From the IMG/VR virus record IMGVR_UViG_3300037483_000443, positions 1 through 64,000 of that record: a DNA stretch of 64,000 bases; one strand, written 5' to 3'. The first letter of the stretch is position 1. Each line of letters opens with the position of its first letter. Both the position numbers and the translations under genes were made by a program. This document shows, piece after piece, positions 59,143-64,000 of this stretch. Below the pieces are notes generated by a model. It searched no databases and was not told the origin of the DNA. It worked only from the letters and a program-made list of their open reading frames with translations. The DNA comes from a virus.

Positions 59143-60144
59143 TTATATTGAACATTTCATTTCAAGCAATAGTTTTCCCTGGAAGCCCTTACAGGCAGTA
59201 GTCGCCAAGTGAGTTGTCACCCAAAGGCGTCCTAACTTCTGGAGCGCGTCATTCGAATCATCGATGTTGTCAGGAAAAACAGTGACGAAAAAATTCTCGT
59301 CTTCCAAGATAGACAGTCCCAGCTTCTTACCGTTCATGTTCTTGTCGATGACGAAGATTACCCTTCTACGCTTGGCTGCTTTTCGCAGTTCAGCTCTTTT
59401 GAAGTCCGTTAATGCACTACCTGCTAAAGCAACAGCATTTCTGCCGATCGAGATAGCATCTAACGGACCTTCGGTCACGAACAAAGGGTTAGTTGTGTAC
59501 CGGTAGATCTCGTCCATGTTGAAGAAGATGTTGTGCTTCTCCACGATAGGATTTTTGTAGCGAGGCTCGATGAACTCATCGTCGAGAGATCTGCCTTGCC
59601 AATAGATGATGCGATCCCTAAAGAAGTAAGGGATCAAGAGACGACCTATATAAGCTGTCTCGTCTGTGATGTACCAGTCAAAGTCAGTAACCTTGAGAGC
59701 TCTTGATTCAAGGTAATGTCGAGCGACGTCGCACCATGGTGACTGCCCTGATGAGACTAGTACTGACTTTGTCGGAAGAGGAACTTCTTTCATAGGAAGT
59801 TCCATGCCGGTTGGTTTCGTTTCTACATTCATACACCCTTCAGGTTTCTCCTTGAAGAATTGAAAGGCGACGGTTCGGTCGATCTCTCCTTCTGGAATAC
59901 CAAAGGAGAGAAGAATGTCCTTGAGCTTTTTCGAGATTGTATGACGGTTCTTCTCAGGAGAGTATCCTTCACTAGCTCCACAATTAAAGCATTGATAGTG
60001 AACTCCACCGTTCTCAAACTTGAACCCACCGCGAGACTTATAGTCATTGCAGTGAGCACACTTTACAACTTCGTATCCTTTTGGAGAGCGCTTCCCGAGG
60101 ATTACGTAACTACGAATGAGAGATTCAAGATCGTTATGGTTCAC
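59143..60144 (-). CDS. DNA primase (T4 gp61-like)
   Basis: CAHC...CFNC Zn ribbon, WQGR, KY-like RYKN, TOPRIM TEGPLDA, DSND. Confidence 0.88.
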   Translation of the reverse strand: MNHNDLESLIRSYVILGKRSPKGYEVVKCAHCNDYKSRGGFKFENGGVHYQCFNCGASEGYSPEKNRHTISKKLKDILLSFGIPEGEIDRTVAFQFFKEKPEGCMNVETKPTGMELPMKEVPLPTKSVLVSSGQSPWCDVARHYLESRALKVTDFDWYITDETAYIGRLLIPYFFRDRIIYWQGRSLDDEFIEPRYKNPIVEKHNIFFNMDEIYRYTTNPLFVTEGPLDAISIGRNAVALAGSALTDFKRAELRKAAKRRRVIFVIDKNMNGKKLGLSILEDENFFVTVFPDNIDDSNDALQKLGRLWVTTHLATTACKGFQGKLLLEMKCSI

Positions 60145-60832
60145 TGGCTAGAATTAGGTTGTCTTTACCTTTCCATTCTATCCTGGCATCATCAATTTGT
60201 ACATTTTTCATCCGCTTGGAGAAATGTTGTACTCGTTTGGTGTAGTCATGGTGTTTGGGATTTACTCGGCGTACAGCACCTGGCCCCACGTTATAAGCCG
60301 TGATCGCTCTTGCTGGATTGTCATTGATTCCCATCATGAGCAAGTATTTGCTTGCTACACGAATGTTAAACTCATCATCGAGAATGAGTCTTGCTTGGAT
60401 TTCTTCGTCGGTGTCTGTATTAAGGAATCTTCTCATCTCTGGAAACTGATCTAGTACACCGCGAGCTGCAGCTACCTTAATCTGTCCACAACCAAAGTAT
60501 CTATTTCCTACTCGATTTGTAAGCCCGGCAACCCTCCAACTTTTACCGTGACACGCATTTGACTCCTGAAGTAAAATTCCTTGGAGGTATGTGGGATTTA
60601 GCATTCCGTCGGCTTTCGCGACATCATACGCGAATCCTAGGAGCTTTTGTTGTTCTATGCTTAAATTGTCTGAAACTACGACCGTAGTAAGACGAATGTT
60701 ACCGTCTTGGTCGTTTGAGATGCTACTGATTACTGCTGTACCCTTAGAAGTGGTATAGGGTGTTGAGTATGCTGCTGCCGTCAATCCCAAAATGATTGAC
60801 AGGGTAATGCAAAGTGTACGAAGTAAAGTCAT
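60134..60832 (-). CDS. Lytic transglycosylase (SLT family) with N-terminal signal/TM
   Basis: QES catalytic Glu, GCGQI, NIRVASKYL, AYNVG; AAGGAG SD. Confidence 0.85.
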   Translation of the reverse strand: MTLLRTLCITLSIILGLTAAAYSTPYTTSKGTAVISSISNDQDGNIRLTTVVVSDNLSIEQQKLLGFAYDVAKADGMLNPTYLQGILLQESNACHGKSWRVAGLTNRVGNRYFGCGQIKVAAARGVLDQFPEMRRFLNTDTDEEIQARLILDDEFNIRVASKYLLMMGINDNPARAITAYNVGPGAVRRVNPKHHDYTKRVQHFSKRMKNVQIDDARIEWKGKDNLILASEP

Positions 60833-60938
60833 GTCGATTTCTCCTTAAGTTGTGCAGGCTAACTTCAAGTCCCGCTTTGGCTCTTGAGATCATCTCGTGT
60901 AGCTAGTTCTGTCCTTTCTTGATAATTGAGATGACAAG

Positions 60939-60977
60939 ACTAGAACCCGGAGAAGGGATGCTTCGTCGGGTTCTAGT
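60939..60977. terminator. Stem-loop (possible terminator or processing signal)
   Basis: ACTAGAACCCG...CGGGTTCTAGT 11-bp arms with an inner GAAG/CTTC stem. Confidence 0.55.
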
Positions 60978-60996
60978 TTGGTATACTGTGTAATGC

Positions 60997-61482
60997 TTAG
61001 GCGTCGAGTGTCGCCGAGGTTGGATCAGAGAACTCCGAACCGATGATGCCGCTACCTTCAGCTTTAGCACCCATCAGACCGCCGTCCATACCGGTGTTAA
61101 CTGCACCAACGCCGTGCACAACCCGAGTGAGCTGGTGGAAGTAGTCTAGCGCGTTCTTCCCGTTGCTGAGAGTGTTCTGAGCAAGCAGATCCCACAGTTC
61201 ATACTTGTCAGTATGCTGGTTGGTTACCACTGCCTTCAGACGACCCTTGTCAACCTGATCAAGCAAAGCCACGTCGATGTAGTAAACTGAGCGAATCACT
61301 CCACTCTTGTCACGATCCAACTTCACGATCGCGACTTCACGAAGACGACCGTCATCTTGGATGTCAAAATAAGCGATATGCTTCATGCCGGTCGGTTGAA
61401 GACGGGCTTCAAGTCCGGTCTTAACTGATGATGCGCCAACTGCTTTAGCGTCATGTGTTGCGACTTGGTTTTTGTTTGCCAT
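60997..61482 (-). CDS. Conserved hypothetical protein
   Basis: AGGAG SD, late-promoter motifs upstream, 161-aa ORF. Confidence 0.7.
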   Translation of the reverse strand: MANKNQVATHDAKAVGASSVKTGLEARLQPTGMKHIAYFDIQDDGRLREVAIVKLDRDKSGVIRSVYYIDVALLDQVDKGRLKAVVTNQHTDKYELWDLLAQNTLSNGKNALDYFHQLTRVVHGVGAVNTGMDGGLMGAKAEGSGIIGSEFSDPTSATLDA

Positions 61483-61750
61483 TTACTGCTCTCCTATGTG
61501 TGATCTGTTATCCCATGCCGGGCTAGTACTGCAATCTAGATTTGTATTTATTGTAGTTCTGGACCGTCATTTTGATATGATTTGATATGCATGTATTTAG
61601 TAGATGCATATCTGGAGCAATCCTGATCAGTACTCAATAAATAAAATCTTAGCTCTCATGTGGAAGCTTGTCTAGATTACCATGTTGTGACGATACCACT
61701 GGGAGAAAATCCCATCCCAGAAGAACACCATTCCGTTTTCTTGTCTCATA

Positions 61751-62473
61751 TCATTCTTTAAATTGAAGCTCAAAATCACGCAGTGCATTGACCTTGGCAT
61801 TCTCTACTTCTTGTGCTGGGCACTCATGATCGACCTGGCCTACATCATCAAACAAAATTGGCCACAGCTGCCTAAACCTTGCCAACAGAGGACAGATTAT
61901 CTGGCGGATCTGCGGGTGAGCAGCATTCGAAGTGCGCAGAGCCGCGATGTGACGCCACTCACGGATGTTAGCAGTAACGACGATCTCGGTCTTCAAGCTA
62001 TTCGGTAGAATCGAGCGAGCTTCTTGAGGTTTGGCTTTATTCTGCAGTTGGTTAAGATAAGCAGCTTCTGCAGACATGCACATGTTTTTCCAGCTATCAT
62101 ACAGAGCCGTGTTTTCATCTCCGTTTGGATTGCATGACGGGACGTAGAAGAACGGCTCAATGAACGTCACTTGATTGTCAAACTTATCTTTGCCGTAGTT
62201 ACAGTAACGAGTCGATTCTTGGGTAAAAGATGCTACTCGATGACGCACCAACTCATGTGTAACGCCACGGTCAGTAATGAACTTGACGGTGATACTACCA
62301 TGCTCGAGAGTCGATTCATGCTTGAAGTTCTTGATGCGACCGATGATCTCGGTGTCAGTACCTGGACCGATCTTGTCTTCAGACTTATAAGCAGTGCGAA
62401 TACCAAGCTCGATGAGTCGAGTCATGAAGGGAGTGTATCCCATAATCTCGAAAGAAGGTTGTATAATTTTCAT
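61751..62473 (-). CDS. thyX: Flavin-dependent thymidylate synthase
   Basis: HESTLEH; ELVRHRVASFTQESTRY (RHRxxSxxxxSxR); ARSILP; NIREWRH; AHPQIR. Confidence 0.95.
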   Translation of the reverse strand: MKIIQPSFEIMGYTPFMTRLIELGIRTAYKSEDKIGPGTDTEIIGRIKNFKHESTLEHGSITVKFITDRGVTHELVRHRVASFTQESTRYCNYGKDKFDNQVTFIEPFFYVPSCNPNGDENTALYDSWKNMCMSAEAAYLNQLQNKAKPQEARSILPNSLKTEIVVTANIREWRHIAALRTSNAAHPQIRQIICPLLARFRQLWPILFDDVGQVDHECPAQEVENAKVNALRDFELQFKE

Positions 62474-62700
62474 GTTGATCTCTTATTGATAAAGTTTGCG
62501 ATCTCGGTTAGATCAATTGACTCGAAAGCTGGCGGATCACCAGCTTTCTGCCCCTTGACGTAAACGAAGAACTTCTCTCTTACACAGAACAAAAAGTAAC
62601 CAGCCTTCGCTGCATCTGCAGAAAGCACATTGTACATGTGGATGAAAGCCGGTTGACTGTCATGGTTGTATGTTACATTGAGAGTGTAGTTAACGTTCAC
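62470..62700 (-). CDS. Hypothetical protein
   Basis: 76-aa ORF filling the gap between rnh and thyX. Confidence 0.5.
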   Translation of the reverse strand: MNVNYTLNVTYNHDSQPAFIHMYNVLSADAAKAGYFLFCVREKFFVYVKGQKAGDPPAFESIDLTEIANFINKRST

Positions 62701-62701
62701 G

Positions 62702-63769
62702 TCAAAATCCTAGTAGATTGTTCTTGGTAGATACTACTTTCTTTGCTTGCTGAGGCTTAACTTTCTCCTGCTGAGGGTCGCCTTTCAAGAAACGTTGATT
62801 GTTAGCAAACATGTCGATGAACTTCATCGCGTCTTCGGTTACCTTCTGAAGTTCGAACTCATGCAGGAACCGCAAAAAGTGAAAGTGAGAGTAGGTACCG
62901 ATTGTCTCAACCTGCATCTTCACTCCTTCCTCGAGGATTAGACGCTGATCTGCAGGTTGCTTCCAGAGATCCATGAGGATGATGTTCTGCTCATAGAGAT
63001 CTCCCACGCGGTGAGTCACTTGGTGATTTCCGATGATGTTACCTTGATCGTCATAGTCAAAGACCGTTTCTGTCCATTGCTCATTCATGAAGTTCACTCT
63101 CTCATATACATTCTCGTATGCTTTCTTGATACGAGTTTCGCGAACGCGAGGATAAGCTGAAGGCACGTTGTCTCCACCATCACCTCTGATGCACTTCTTG
63201 AAGATCCAGTATTCAAGGTCGGCCTCATAGTCCTTATCACCAGGAGAGTTGCGGAACTTTCCGTTGTCAGGATTTACTAGCTTGATGTTCTGCAGTTTCA
63301 ACAGCTGAGTGAAGTCCTTGTCACCAGAGATGATGAAGATCTCATGATCTGGGTTTGCGTAGAGCTGACAGTAAGCCGCGATCGAGTCATCAGCTTCCAA
63401 CGTGTCAATACAGAGACAGCAGATCGAGGTATGAGAGCTGATGGTCTCACGGAAGGCTTCGATGAGCTGGTAGTAATGCTTCATCTCTGGATCAACTACA
63501 CGGTTTCCCTTGTAGGCTCGACGAGCTTTCTCAACCGCAGTGTAAGTCTTTCTCCAGTTGTTCGCACCTTCAAAGGCAAATACTACAAAGTCAGGCTTGA
63601 ACTTGTTAAACCATTTCATGATTGAGTACAGAGAGATGTGCATGCACAGTCCGACAAGCTCTTGAGTCGAGCTATCTCGAGCATAGGGACTGTTCTTCTG
63701 AACCGCCGCAACTCGAAACAGAACGTTTGAGATATCAACGACGAGTGATCGCTTAGGAATCTTTTTCAC
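62702..63769 (-). CDS. RNase H / 5'-3' exonuclease (T4 rnh-like, FEN family)
   Basis: VVDISN, YKGNR, LEADD, ISGDKDFTQL, GDGGDNVP. Confidence 0.9.
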   Translation of the reverse strand: MKKIPKRSLVVDISNVLFRVAAVQKNSPYARDSSTQELVGLCMHISLYSIMKWFNKFKPDFVVFAFEGANNWRKTYTAVEKARRAYKGNRVVDPEMKHYYQLIEAFRETISSHTSICCLCIDTLEADDSIAAYCQLYANPDHEIFIISGDKDFTQLLKLQNIKLVNPDNGKFRNSPGDKDYEADLEYWIFKKCIRGDGGDNVPSAYPRVRETRIKKAYENVYERVNFMNEQWTETVFDYDDQGNIIGNHQVTHRVGDLYEQNIILMDLWKQPADQRLILEEGVKMQVETIGTYSHFHFLRFLHEFELQKVTEDAMKFIDMFANNQRFLKGDPQQEKVKPQQAKKVVSTKNNLLGF

Positions 63770-64000
63770 AGTTTGATCCCACGTCTAGCTAATTCTTCAC
63801 GCAAAAACTTTCGCCCATCCCGAACTACGCTTTGAACTTCCTCAGAAGTGTTGCGCAGAAGATTAAAGAGCTCTTCGATCTCGGCTTCAACGTTGACGTC
63901 TACCTCTTTCTTGCTCTTCATGATGTCATCAAAGATCAACTTGGCAACATCTCCCTCACCACGAACGGTCTTGAATGGAATGTTGAAGTCGTTGAGCATC
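63766..64000 (-). CDS. C-terminal part of a gene truncated by the window edge
   Basis: Open frame running to the edge, overlapping the rnh start. Confidence 0.5.
   Translation of the reverse strand, partial: MLNDFNIPFKTVRGEGDVAKLIFDDIMKSKKEVDVNVEAEIEELFNLLRNTSEEVQSVVRDGRKFLREELARRGIKL

Noticed and set aside
11037-63769. Introns or inteins in core genes (gp46, gp47, helicase, primase, thyX, rnh)
   Set aside because: Lengths and motif spacing are continuous; no intein termini or split frames seen
1-64000. Alternative genetic code (stop-codon reassignment)
   Set aside because: Core genes are full-length and tightly packed under the standard code, and all three stops are used

Overview
The window is a fragment of a large (jumbo-type) tailed myovirus genome with T4-like machinery, read from motifs by eye with no database searches. 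From left to right it holds: a portal gene (truncated at the edge), a tape-measure-like gene and tail chaperone/hub genes, an accessory block, the gp46/gp47 recombination nuclease and a gp55-like late sigma factor. Next comes a ~32 kb baseplate/tail-fibre operon (+ strand). Then comes a minus-strand late block of probable capsid-packaged proteins and modifying enzymes (RimK-RimB fusion, degenerate 2OG-Fe(II) oxygenase, ART-like, ligase-like, exonuclease). It ends with helicase, primase, a lytic transglycosylase, ThyX and RNase H. Most striking observations: (1) a ~47-aa Thr/Gly-rich module present in about 18 copies in three virion proteins, repeatedly inserted inside other copies of itself, up to three levels deep; (2) TAAATA late promoters 4-7 nt upstream of start codons, implying leaderless late mRNAs; (3) proteins, several of them enzyme-like, carrying T4 capsid-targeting-like N-termini; (4) a RimK-RimB fusion ending in poly-Glu; (5) a -1 frameshift site in the tail chaperone/hub gene; (6) a compact cluster of perfect palindromes between convergent genes.
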